DNA of 64,000 nt from Lophium mytilinum (lineage: Eukaryota): positions 1,402,323 to 1,466,322 of the forward strand of contig MU004194.1 in assembly GCA_010093605.1 (NCBI GenBank). Reading direction: 5' to 3'. Below the pieces are notes generated by a model. The model was not told the DNA's origin, searched no databases, and saw nothing but the letters and a program-made list of their open reading frames with translations. Shown one piece after another: positions 51,343 through 64,000 of the stretch. How positions within the stretch are numbered: the stretch's first letter is position 1; each line of letters opens with the position of its first letter. The position numbers and the translations under genes are program-made.

Positions 51343-52497
51343 CTACTCCCCACCCCCTTCTGACGTCCTCAAACCCCCCTCAAAGTCTGTTAAAAACCTC
51401 CACCTTCCCCTATCCCGCCAACGCTTCTGCTTCCACCCATTCGCCTCTTGCGGATAAAAACTAACAACATCCCGCAAAGACGCATCGTGCGCAAGCACCA
51501 CCAGAACGTTCTCGTACGCATCGAACTCTGTCACCCCCTCCAGCGACCGCTCAGCCTCAGGACCGTCCTCATTGAAATTATCCGCGGGTTCGTAAAAGGG
51601 CTTCGTCGCACTCTCCCTCGGGTGTATCTGCCGCACCAACATCTCTCCCGGACAAGGAATCGGAAAGCGAGAGCCCGGTCTCAACCCTTCCAACGACACG
51701 CTCGCTGGCAGCGGGTCAAACTCCGTCGGCCGAATCTCGCCGGCATGATGTGCTGCATCTCCGCCCATCAGAATGAAAGTATCCGGCGTCGTTCTCGCCA
51801 ACGCGCAGATATGGCCCAGGAGATGCCCTGGGGTGTCGAGGACGTAGAAACTGCCATCGCCAAACCAGTCTACGGCCTTGAATCGTCCGATCTTGAGGTC
51901 TGTTCGGAATTCTACTTCCTTCAGCTCCCGCCCTTCCCACATCTCCTCCTGCACGGGTGAGTCTGCTACCGTAGGCCACGCAGGCGGAAACCGTGTTTTG
52001 AAGCCCGGTCCGACCATCAACGCGGTCGAGCCTGGAAACCGTGCAGTGTTGCCAGTATGATCCCAATGATAGTCTTTACACTTTAGCAAAGCATACTACG
52101 CGTCGCGAAGGGGGAGCTTACGGCTCCAAAAAATCGCCTCCACAGCGTCCGGATCATGGCCATTCTCCGCCAAGATATCATACACGTCCTTTTCCACGTG
52201 CATGCCGGCTTTCGCGTCCTTGATCATCTTCACCACGCACGGTGCCTGCTTCTCCCAATCCTTGCGCACGCCCAGGTCGAAGAGCAGCGTGCGGCCCGAG
52301 GGGTGCTCGATCAGGAAGCTGTACGAAGGGATGTCGACGTGGGAGAAGCCGGCGAGGACTGCGGGTTTCACCATGATGCTCATGGGCATGTTTGCGATGG
52401 TCGAGCCGTCGATTATCGACACCCGGACTGTGTGGTTCGACGGCGGGATATTGAGCGGTGGCGACGGTTTGGGGGCGGCCATTGTTGGGGACGCCAT
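51343..52497 (-). CDS. Metallo-beta-lactamase-fold hydrolase (AHL-lactonase/lactamase-like)
   Basis: LLFDLGVRKD; HxHxDH motif (WSHYHWDHTG) across intron about 52075-52121; DWFGDGSFYVLDTPGH, GGDAAHH and VLAHD. Confidence 0.9.
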
Positions 52498-55400
52498 TGT
52501 GGGGGGGTTTTTTTTCGCTCGGTTTCTGCTGAAAGCACCAAGGGTCTGTGAGAGTTGGTAGATGTTCAATCGGTTTATCTCTATCTATATAGCTATTAGT
52601 ATTCTAGAGACAGTCGATGTGCTGACAAATGCGAGATAAAGTCTGAAATCTGAAATGAAGTTCTGTTCCGCCGAAGTTTTCCTATTCTGATGGATTGATC
52701 GCAGCGCTGACAAATGCGAGATCTTCGGCTTGAGAGGTGAGATAGAACGTACAAGGAAAGCTCGTCGTGATGCAGTTTGAACTATGTTTTTATTGCTTCT
52801 GAACGATATCGCTGGCTGCTTTATCTAGGTAGGTGCTACTTAGGCGATAATAAGTCAATCTGAGCACAGGTATGCGCCGCAACTGGGGGCACTTTGACAC
52901 ACTGTCAGTTGCCCAGGCATGTCGTCGAGCTCTCCAGGAGGCGATCTAAGCTGGGTGTTCAAAGATTTTGCTCGGTCGGCTGGCACCCTGACGTCAATAT
53001 TGCTACGGCAGTTGCTGCTCGACGACTAGCACAATCTGAGTACTAGGCTTTCCTAAAAGAGTAAAGCTAACTATACCTATATTTTATTATGTAATTTATA
53101 TATATTCCAGACAGATTCTCTAGGTCTATAAGCAAGATCACTGCTAGAAATCTATCACGTGTGTAAACGGATCAACGGCGTCAATATTGTCAATCAATAG
53201 CCCCTCGAGATTGCGTTGATTGACCGTCCTCCAGATGACCCGCTGATTGCGGCAATGTGCCAAGACTTCAATCAATTCAGTCAAGCCGTTGGTTGCGTTG
53301 ATTGAAGATCAGCCCTGTTTTGGTATCAGAATATCGAACTGGTCCTTGTAAAGAGCCTCGAATTCTAGGCCCTCGACATCAGCCATCGGAGAGCGCTCTT
53401 TCTAACCGCTACCGGGCTACGAATTAAGGTACGCTATGCGTCGAGGGGTATGCTAAGGTTCATTCGAGAGCTTGGGCTTCAAAAGATGGTTGAGCGCTCT
53501 CGGATATGTGTGAAGACATTTGGACGACGTTACTGGGCCACGCCGATGCTAGAGAGGGACGAAGGGAGGGACGAAGGCCGGCGAAATAATACTGATATAC
53601 GGACAATCTGATCTAATACTATAATATATGTTAGTGACAGTTATGAAGTGTCGATCCTTCATACAATTTGGATAACTTCTCGAGTTTGTTGGATGGGGGT
53701 TGCTCAGTGCCTCGAACAACAGCATACTCCATTGACGTCTACACGCCTTTCGTCCGTTACATAATCCTATCGCTTTGATCAATGCTGTGTCATAAGAGGA
53801 GCCAGCCCATCATCAGTATATTCGAGAAGATACAATACCAAGTACCAACCTTGCCGCGAAACCTACGATCCCTTCGCGATCGCAACTTACTCTCTTCCAT
53901 GCACCCGCTCAGACTCAGCCAACGCCATCTCGTCCCCCTACCTGAGTCATACCCGCTACACGACGCAGGTGTCCGTCGAGATTAGCCTGCACATCACCAT
54001 GCCCGCCATCGTCGTAGCGCAGGCTCCCCAAACGCAGCCTCCCGACGGCTAGCTGCGTACCGGAAGCGCCCACCAACCCGCGCGAGCGCGCGCCCCGTCC
54101 AACCTCACAACGACGTCGTGCGTACGAGGTCAGTCAACATCGAATCTCAAGAGTCCGGCGTAGGTAGTTAAAGCATGAGCAGACTCGACTCAGGCGCGGC
54201 CAGCATTTGCCGATTAGAGCGAGAGGCGATAGAGTGAGTTGGGTACAAAAGGTACTAGTGACCTGAACGTGGACAGCCCAGGTGAGCAGCGATGTGGTGA
54301 CACAAGCAACGGCCCCCCCGTCCCATTCAGGATGAAGTCGGGTTCGCATCTCCAATTCTCGATGAAAGAGAGGCGAAAGATGGGAGAGAATGCGTGTATG
54401 TGTGTGACTGGACTACGCCGCATCGTCTCGTATCTGTATCTGTATCGGAAATCCTTCAATCTGCAGAACAAACCCTGTGTGCACATCCTTTAACGTGCCC
54501 GAGCAAAACGATCTAGCTTGAAGACCACCGGCATGCCGAGAGGGGCAAGTATACGAGCTGAGCCGTGCCGCATCGTGGCGGCATCTTTGAATGCTTGGAG
54601 CGTGCCATGATGGGGCGCAGTCTCAATCCTCGATGCCATCTAGCCCGCCGCGGCGCCCGAGCTGGATCAACGAGACACCCCCATCCCACCCCCAGATCCC
54701 AGACACACGTCTCGATTCCGAGTTCGATTGATTTGCCCCTCATTGTCTCATCGAGTCTCGAGCGCAGTTCGGAGAAAAGCTGGTCTCGCATCTTCGGGTT
54801 CTGGGGTTGAAACCACGCAGTGAGCTGCGATGTATCTGCCCGTCCACGGGAAAAGCCCCGGGACTGATCACGTCTCGGAGGTCCATACGGGTACAGTATG
54901 GTACGTACCTCCATCTCACACGCAACCCCAATCAAATTCTAGGGACCGTCGTCTCCGCACAATCAACAGGAGCCAAGCTTCGATCACTGTAGCCGCCCCC
55001 GCTCACCCCATTCACCGGGCACATTTCGTCTCGGCCACGAGCGCGACGAAAACGCTGAGACACACCCGCTTCGTGCAAGACCCGCAGCCTCTGAGACGCC
55101 TCTGGAGCAATCCCCGGAAACTCGGCACGACCACGGATCGCGAGACAAGTCGTCAGCTCGGTCTCGTCAGCTTCAGGGGCTCGAGTCTCGATCGGTGATT
55201 GCGGCCACGTACACGACACAGAGACAAGGCGTTCTTCAAAAGCGCACCGGGACCCGCTTCTCACGCTTCGTGCAAGCCCTTCTCTTTTCTGCGAGGCTGG
55301 GGTATCACAGATGCTTTGGGACAGTAAGTCAGAGGGCGATGATGGGTGGATGGACGGATAGATGGGGTGGATGAGCTCAGGTAGAGACAACTCGCCACCT

Positions 55401-55916
55401 GTCCAGCTCACAATTCCCAGCAACAAGCATCCAGCTACCTGCTTACAGGTCATGTCCGGTGACCTCCGGTAGTATCCCACCACTTCAGTCAGCTCACTCT
55501 TCTACGCTCTGAAGCGTGGAGGCGCTCACAGTTGCTCAGTGACATCCGCATGGTGTGCTGGGCGGCGCCCTCTCCCATACTCACTCTCCCCAGCATCGCC
55601 GACAAACAAGCTGCGAACTCGGGGGCTTGAAGAGCCCGTCCCGACGCATGCCAGGGCCTTCCGCATCCACGCCCGCATATCTCATCCCAAGATACTGCCA
55701 CTCCTCGCACAGCGACCCGCTGCACTGCTGCGCATCACTCGCTCCACGACCAAGGCGCACCTTGCCGCCGCGCTGCATCGTCGCACCAGCGTAATATAAC
55801 TTGGCCGGCCAACCAGCCCGGCCCAGCGACTCGGCCGCGTCTGGCGCGTAGAGGTAGCTCAGAGCCAGGCAGCGGATGCGCGAGCCGTGAGTGCTATCGC
55901 CAATCGCAGCGCGGCG

Positions 55917-56721
55917 TGTAACGAGGCGCGCCAAAATCTCGGTTTGGCTCGCTAATATAGCGGTTTTTCTCCCACACCCACACGAGATTGCCCACACGCC
56001 CGATGAGGCCTAGCGGCCTCGCACGGGCGTAACGCCTATACAAATTAAGGTTAGCTATATATTTAGTGTATAAGGAATATAGCAAGGGGGTCCCTATAAT
56101 TTAGCTAGCTAAAAAGGGTAATATTAGAGGGATTTTTAGCTAAGGTTCCGCGGCTAAGAAATTACTATAGAAAATTTAGTTTTTTAAGGTTTTTTATAAG
56201 AATAAGTAATAATAAGTTTAATAATAGGTTTCTACTACTTTAGGCAGCCTTAAATTAATAGGAAGATTAACTCTATAAGGCTTAGCGTAGTATTTAAGCT
56301 CTAGATAGGCGTGCATACTTCTAAACGCCTTATTTTAAGTAGAATCTTAATAATATAAATAAGAAGGTTTACTATTAAGAGACCTAGTAAGTATATATAT
56401 AGTAAGGCTATATAGCCTTACTATATATATATTATAGCCTACCTATTTTAATACTGCGGCTAATAGTTTATTAGGTTCCGCCTATATAAAATCTAATAGC
56501 TAGCACCTATATTATTTATTATGGGCAGTAAGGTATAGAGGTGTATTAAATAAAAAGTAGGATTATATTATAAGACGTGCTGCAAGAAGCTAGAGTATAA
56601 GGCTACTTGCAATCTATCTAGAGAGATACGCTAGTAGTGGAATAATAATGTTTCTAGCGAGCATGTAACTATTAGGCACGTGCTAGGTTTATAGCTAGGA
56701 AAGAGGCCTAGATCTATTATA
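55917..56721 (-). repeat. 3' LTR (about 805 bp) with adjacent polypurine tract
   Basis: Plus strand begins TGTAACG at 55917 and ends TATTATA (RIP-converted CGTTACA) at 56715-56721, directly before CTACCCCCCCCTTTT (PPT AAAAGGGGGGGGTAG on the minus strand). Confidence 0.7.
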
Positions 56722-56818
56722 CTACCCCCCCCTTTTAATAAAGAGAAAACCCCTTCTCTAAATAGAAACTATATAAACTATAAGGCTATAGAGCCGTAGT
56801 AAGTATATAGAAGGCGGC

Positions 56819-56955
56819 TATAATAGAAGGACTAATTATAATAGAAGAACTAATTATAATAGAGGGACTAATTATAATAGAAGGACTAATTATAATAGAA
56901 GGGCTAATTATAATAGAAGGACTAATTATAATAGAAGAACTAATTGCAATAGAAT
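56819..56955. repeat. 18-bp minisatellite, about 7 copies, in the retrotransposon 3' region
   Basis: Unit TAATAGAAGGACTAATTA repeated in tandem with transition-type variants. Confidence 0.9.
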
Positions 56956-59900
56956 TAGAATATTAGTAAGTGTTTTGCCTATATATTAGTAGCCCTATAA
57001 CCTTAGTATACTTAGCGGGAGTCTAGTATATACTATACTATAACCTATAATTATAGATAAACCTAAAGTCTTATAGCAGCGTGCTTATAATATTACTAGG
57101 TAATAACCTTCTCTAATAACTTAGCGGAAACTATACAGTAGAGGATCTAATCTAAAGCGAAGAGTTTAGTCTTACTTTAATTAGCTAGCTAACCTTATAG
57201 CTTATATTGTAATCTTTAAGCTATTAACTTTAACTAATTCTAGCTATAGGGCTACTATACGCGCAGCGGGGTACTTATTATTATTTAAATCCGGGTTATT
57301 ATTTAAATCCGGGTCCTTATTATATTACTATCCTTCTAGTAGTTTTAGAAAGTCTTAGTAGGGCCCATTCTTACGCGGGTGTAGCTAGTAGAAACGCTAT
57401 ACTAGTTTCTAAGCGCCTTCTCTCTTAAAGTAGCTCTAATTCTCCTAATTACTTAGTATAGTATAACTAGTCCACTAGGGCTTATATTATAGTTCCTAAT
57501 AGCGTCCGCGCCGTTACTATCTACTAGTAATAATATCCTTAATAGGGTACTCTATATTTTCTTATCCTTCTTTATTAACTACTATAATAGGCGGCGGCTT
57601 AGGTTATTATTAACCTTTAATTAGTTAAGAGTTATTAAGGTGTAGTAAATATAGTAAGAATACCGGCTAAACTTATTTAGCTAGTATATTCTATAGAAGC
57701 TTAAGTTTATATACAGCGCCGTAGTTAATAACTTTCTTAATTTAGTATAGTCTAATATTCTTATAGTCTAAGGACTTATTCTTACATTCCATTTTAATAT
57801 TCCGGGCGTTAAGCTAGACCTAATTATTTACTTTTATTAGTAGTAGTGGATTATAGTATTAATTTATAAATTTAGCTTATTTATTCTTAGCCTAAGTTAT
57901 TTACTGCTATTCTTTAGTAAGCACTTCTTATAGATAAGTAACGTATTAGTTAGCAAGTATTAAGTTTATGCAGGTATAGTATATAAGGCCTTACTCTAAT
58001 AGAGCTGGCAGTTCTATGCCTTATCTTAGGTAGAAGCTATAGTTAAAGAAAAAGGGTAAGAATTCTATAGAGGTATTAACTATATTATTTATAATAAATT
58101 TACTAATAGGTAGCTAGTTAACCTAGTTACTTTACTAGTAGTTAATAAATAGCTATAGAAAGGCTTTTATAAATAAGTTAGCGTTCTTTATCTACCTATC
58201 TATTTTAGGGTGGTACGCCGTAGATATTTATAGATTAACGCCTAGGCGCGTATAAACGCAACGCTAGAAATCCAATATAAAGTTAGTGCCTAAGTTACTA
58301 ATAATTCTCTATAGTAAGCTATATAGTTGGAAGATTTCCTATATAAACGCGTTAGCGACATCTTTAGCTATTATTTCTGCTATAGGAATATAGTGTTGCT
58401 ACTTAGATAAGCGGTTAATAATAATAAGAATTAAGGTATATTTAATACTGTTCCTAATATAGGGAGGAAGATTTATAATAAAATTAAATGTAATATCGGT
58501 CTAATAGTGTTTACCTACGGGTAAGCTATAAAGTAGGTCTTACTTTTTACTTCTAGAAGCCTTAGCTTAGCGGTAACTATAGTAGGCCTTAGTAAATTGC
58601 TTAACTAACTCTATTATTTTAGGCTAGAAGTAATACCTCTAGAGGAGCTTATATATTCTATACTTTTCTAGGTAACTACTAGCTAGTACTATATATAAGA
58701 CCTATAGTAGATATAGGCGTAGCGTAGTATAATCTAGAATATATAATCTACTATAATAGTATAAACGGGTGTTTTAGCTATTACTAATAACTTTAAACGC
58801 GCCTATATTAAGGTTACTAAGTAACTATTATAGTTCTATAGAAAGGGTGCGCGCTTTATTCTATACTAGCGCTATTAGTAAGTATACTGCAGGGTCTATT
58901 AGTTCCTCCGGTAGTAATAGTAATTAATAAGTATTATTAATTAGATTACTAAGTAATTATTTAGGCTCGGCGCTAGGTTTAGGCGCCGCTGCGGGTAACG
59001 CGCCGTCTTCTTATATAGTAGCGGGGGCGAGTTAGAAGAAGTTAAGATAGAGGCTTGCGGCTAGTAGCGGGTTAAGTATAAGATAATATAGAAGTTCTTT
59101 AAATAAGAAGCTTAGTATAGAGTTAGCTAACGGGCTACTTATTATATAGCTTATCTATTTAGTGTCCTCTAATATATTATCTAGTTTCTTATTACTAATA
59201 ACTAGTGCTATATCTAGGCCTAAGTAATAGCTCTTAAGTATTATCTAATGTTAGAATTAGTTGCGCGGGTTATCTAGCCTATATAGTAAGTCTTATAAAC
59301 GTCTAGTTAAGCTATCTAGCTTAATACTAAATACTTCTGGCCGGTAAATAATCTTAAAGTTAAACCTAGTAAGAAACTCTACCTACTAAGCTTACCGTCT
59401 ATTAAGCTATTTAGTTATTATAAACTACTTAAGATTATAGTAGTCTATTAGAATTTCTATAGAGTTCTTAGAGTTAGCGCTAGTAAGTTTAGGCCGCTAT
59501 TATTTAAAAGCCTTAATAATAGTAAGAAGTTCTTTATTATATATTTTATAATTTATCTCTTATAGTATTATTTTAGTAGAGAAGAAGGTAATAGAATAGA
59601 GTAAGCTATTCTCGCCTATTTATAATATAACGCCTGCAATAATATAGTCTAACGCGTCTATCTTAATATAGACCTTCCTGCCGTACTAGAAATAGGCTAG
59701 TACTGGCGCTAAAGTAAAGGCTTCCTTAAGAACTTAAAATGTGTTCTTGCAGTTATCTATTTATGCGAATTTTAGCTAGGGCCTCCCTTTCTTATTCTTC
59801 TTATTACTATTAGTCGTGCGCATTATTAAGGTGAGTAGGTAAATAATATAAGAGAAACCGTAAATAAAACGCTAATAGAAATTAGCTAGGCTAAGAAAAG

Positions 59901-62900
59901 CTTATATATCTTTAATGCATGTAGGTATCTACTAGCTTATAATAGCTTCCACCTTTTTAGAATCTATATAAATGCCTTTTATAGTAATAATTAGGCCTAG
60001 ATATTTTACTTACTTAACGCTGAATTTAGACTTCTTAATGTCGGCTTGCAGGCTATATTTACGTAGCCGCTAGAGTACTCTTTTAATATATTCTTTATAT
60101 TAAGCCTTATCTATAGAGTATATTAGAATATTATCTAAGTAGGCAAAGTAGAAATTATTAAGGTAGTTGTAGAGTACGTTATTAATATAGCCTTAAAAAG
60201 TCGCCGGCCCCCCTGTAAGACTAAATAAGAGGACCTTAGACTTAAATGCGCTATACTATATTATAAACCTAGTAAAGCATTTATCTTCTAGTCTTATCTA
60301 GATTTAATTAAATGCTCTAATAACGTCTAACTTAGTAAACTATTTAGCGTAACTAAGGTAATTTACAGTCTCTTATATTAGCGGTATAGAATACCGTAAT
60401 TTAATAGTAAGGGCGTTAATAGCGCAGTAGTTAACGCAGAAATAAACTCCTCCGCCTAGTTTCTAGATAAGGAGAATTAGAGAGGAAATATTAGACTAGG
60501 CTAGTTTAATAAAGCCTTTAGTAAGGTTATTATCTATCTATTTCTTTACTACCTGCAGTTTACCTTTTAATATTAGGTATAGCTATACTTATAGGAGCTT
60601 CTCTTCTACTCTAGAAAGTAGATAGATCTTATAGTCTACACTAGGTTAATTAGGTAGTAGCGTATTAGCGTCTATCTAGTTAAATATATTAATAAATTAA
60701 TAATACTCTTTAGGTAGCTTATAGAGAATCTCTTTCTTTATTATATAGGTCTTAGCCCGCAGGAATTTATTAATATCTATTATAGTAATTACATTAATAC
60801 GTTTAGGTATATTAGTGCCTTATTATATAATAAGGACCTAGATACTATTATTATATATTAAGATATTATAATTAGTATTAATTTCTTATAATATATAGAG
60901 TAGTAATTCCTCTATAAGCTAGCCCTTCCTTATATAGGTGTAAGTTAGCCTAGCTAAAATATAGTGCGTGTTGCTTGCATTATTCTAGGTTATAGAGGAG
61001 AGTATAGCTTAAGGATAATAAGATAGGCTCTATACTAATATGCTTAAGTTTCTTATATAGTAGCACCTGTAATAAGGTTAGAAGAAATTAACGCAGTGTT
61101 CCTGCTAATTAATAGCGGGGTTATGCTTTTCTAGCTATTTATAACCTAGAATAATTAACGCCGGGCTAAGGTCTATAATAAAAGCTTTAAATTACTTAGC
61201 GTGCCTGTTAAGATTAAAATATATAAGCGCGGTGTAAGTAATCTTCTTTATAATAGCTCCTCTATCTATAAGTTTAAGGGTATAGGCTTTTATTAAGGGA
61301 ATAAGAGGGAGGTTATTAGTATACGCGTAAGTAGTATTAATAAAGATACGTATAGCTCTACTATTAAGTAGAGAAAGGGTAGGTATTATAGAAAGAGGCT
61401 TGCTATTTTTATATATCTAAACGTCCCCTATAAGTTTTAGATAGTACTTATTCTATAGAGGAATATCTATCTAAATTAAAGCTTTACTAATCTTAAGGGT
61501 GTCTATAGATTCTAGCCTAAGTCTATCTAGCTTATTAATTATGCCTACTACTCCTTTATATATTAACTATATAACTAGTATTATATTACTACTACTTACT
61601 ATAGGCCCTAAGTTGCGGCTATAATCTAGGGCTAGGCATTTCCCTAGCTATATACGTGTTCTTATTCTTACTAAGTAGCTAAGTTTATAGTATAAATAGC
61701 TAGAGCACCCGGCTAAGTAGTATATAGAGGTAAAGTAGGGCGCTAGGCTATAAGTAAGGCTATAGGGTAATTAGGGTTGTCCTTCTTATAGCTAGATATG
61801 CGGCAGCGGTAGCAGGTACTATTAGCTCTTAGCGTGGCGCGCTCGGCGTTAGTTATTATGTCCGGAGGCTTCTAGCTATTTAGAACGTTAACTGGGGCCT
61901 ATAGCTAACCTATACGCGGGTTAGTATTATTAACGCCGGCGGCTATAATAGCGAGTAGCTAGTTAGACTAAGTAGCTTAGGTATATAGGCCGCGCTGCAA
62001 CTAATAACCTCTATAAGTATTATAGCCTTCTTAGTATCTACTATATCTACTACGCTAGCCTTAGTAGATAGTTAGATTAGCGCAGTGCGCTATATAGACA
62101 CGGATTAATATATTATTATTACGCTAATAGCGCTGTATAGCTACTACTATATCTATAGCTCTAGTAAATAGCTTTCCTATTATAGCGCCTTTATTAACCT
62201 AGATAAGTTCTTACTCTTAGATAATAGTTATTATATTATTCTTATTCTACTTAGGTATTATATTAGCTTGCTCTATAATACGGCTCTAGAAATTATCTAT
62301 TAATTTATTTTATTCTTAGAATATCGTGCAGATCTTATTCCAGGCTATATTTTCTATATTAGGGTTAAGGAATTAATTATCTAGAAAGGCCTAGGCGTCC
62401 GCTAGGGTAATAAGCTTATTCTTAGACATCTATTTAGACATTATAAATTATTCTATAACTAAGTTAAGCTTAATTTAGAAGATTATATATCTAAGCTATA
62501 GATAGTTATTTTAGAACTTATAGCCGCCTCTAGAAATCTTAAGTATAACGCGGGCCTTCTAGCTAGAATACTATACCTTATTACCGGTGAATTCTAGGGC
62601 GTCCGCAATGTAGTTGCGCGTGTATAATCTTAAGCGCGAGCGTAAGCGCAAGTAGTAGCGCTTAGAGTAGTATTAATTACAACTATAACTATATTAGTTA
62701 TTATCTAAATTAGACGAGCTAGTAGAGCTATTAGAGCTGCTAGAGTTATTATCGCCGTATAGCTTATTTTAATAAGATTTGCGCTTCTTAGAGCGCTTCT
62801 TACGCTTATATAGATTCTTATTATTATTATAGCTATTACTACTAAGTAGAGGTTGTATAATAGGAAAGAGGCTATTAATAGCATTAGGCTGGGCGTGTTT

Positions 62901-64000
62901 ACGTAAAGTTGTGGCTAAAATTTTAACTAGTATAGCCTGTTATTTAGAAGTAGATACTATAGCGTTAGTAGTAATTATCTAGCATTAAAGCTTTATAGCT
63001 TCTTTCTCTAGCTTTACTACCTTACTTACTTAAAGTTTATAAGCTGCCTTAGCTTTATAGTAGTTATCTTTATATATAGCTAGGTTCTTAACCTAGCACT
63101 TAGCCTACTCTATAGCCTTTTATAGCTTTTTCTTAGTCTCCTCTAGCTTTTTTTTAAGCTTCTTGCTCTTTATTAAGAGATAAAGGAGTTTATTAGCTTT
63201 ACTAGCAAGTTTAACCTTCTGCGCAGCTACTTTATCTTTATAGACTTATACTTATTTATTAGTAGTAGAGGCGGCCGTAAGTTTATTAAATTTACTCTTA
63301 GCTTCTATTAGTTCCTTCTAGAGTTCCTCTGCTTATTCTAAGAGTTCCTAGACTTTATCCTTCTTATCTTTAGTAGCATCTTCTTATTCTTTTATAATAT
63401 TGCGCTTAAGATTAACCTTAACTTATAGTGCGCGGTAACGCTCTTTAGCGTCTTTGCGTGTAATCTCCTTGCGCTAGGCTTATATCTTATATCCCTGCAG
63501 AATCTAGAACTGCTTTATAGGGTTTACTTTAATAAGCGTAAGATAAGTATTAGTATTATTAATCTAGATAAGGCTAAGTTGCTTATCTTTACTAATAGTA
63601 GAATAGTTAATAAACGTAGAGTCTTTAATAAAATTGCCCGGGGTTTATACTATAAGGCGTAATAGAGTTTTACTAACTTATTTTTTTTCTAGGGTATTAA
63701 TTACTTCTAAGGAAGGCCCGTTAACGTTCTTAATCTTATTATTAAGGGCGACCTGCTAGCTCCGTCCTATAGTAGCGGATGTAAATTAAGTATTAACTAG
63801 GGTGTTAGGGTCTTAGGTAAATTATTTAGGTTTATCCCCTTAGGAGGACTAGTGCTTGCGCTTAAGGCGAGCCTATAATAGAGAGACTAATATAGCTAGG
63901 TTATTACTAGAGGTAGAATTACTATTATAGTTGGAGTTAGGCTTAGATTTAATAAAGATAGGGTTCTTAGCAGTGCTTATAGTGGGGCGGTGCGCTAGTA

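Larger units (their letters stand above)
55917..64000 (-). mobile_element. RIP-inactivated Ty3/gypsy LTR retrotransposon, 5' end beyond the window
   Basis: Degraded minus-strand motifs in gypsy order: gag zinc knuckle TCYRC...H...C (about 61770-61820), protease LL(D)S(G)A (about 61345-61375), RT F(G)LTGGPATF and AYLD(D)ILIYS (about 60115-60235), RNase H DA(S)DYIIAGV and Y(D)KELL (about 59520-59665), integrase STAYHP..D(GQTE)NAN (about 58180-58228). Extreme TpA excess and many stops. Confidence 0.93.

Noticed and set aside
53035..53110. Short AT/TpA-rich patch suggesting a RIP relic
   Set aside because: Too short to assign and no transposon motif.
36000..56000. Starship giant-transposon interpretation of the accessory block
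   Set aside because: No DUF3435 tyrosine recombinase or element boundaries are visible in this window.

Overview
Genomic DNA of a filamentous ascomycete (short GT-AG introns with CTAAC/CTGAC branch points; RIP signature). About 1-36 kb is a gene-dense housekeeping block: PP2C phosphatase (5' partial), importin beta-1 (KAP95), a Spd1/Dif1-type ribonucleotide reductase inhibitor, HSP104, a divergent NOP1/RPL17 pair, a tau55/TFC7-like histidine-phosphatase gene, RPS22 with an intronic snR44-like H/ACA snoRNA, a LysM protein, a hybrid histidine kinase, a MIF/tautomerase-like protein and SWC5. About 36-56 kb looks accessory: a tandem pair of orphan membrane-anchored genes, a Tri12/ARN-type MFS transporter, a 160-bp tandem array, a HeLo-like/TPR/ankyrin gene, a UNC-93-like MFS transporter, a metallo-beta-lactamase-fold hydrolase and a GAGAC/GTCTC-rich non-coding stretch. 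From 55.9 kb to the end is a heavily RIP-mutated Ty3/gypsy LTR retrotransposon on the minus strand. The most notable unexplained signals are a 536-nt intron in the TFC7-like gene that folds into a multibranched RNA closed by long-range stems, the 160-bp array, and the GAGAC motif cluster. All calls were made by eye with no database searches, and exon boundaries are hand-derived.
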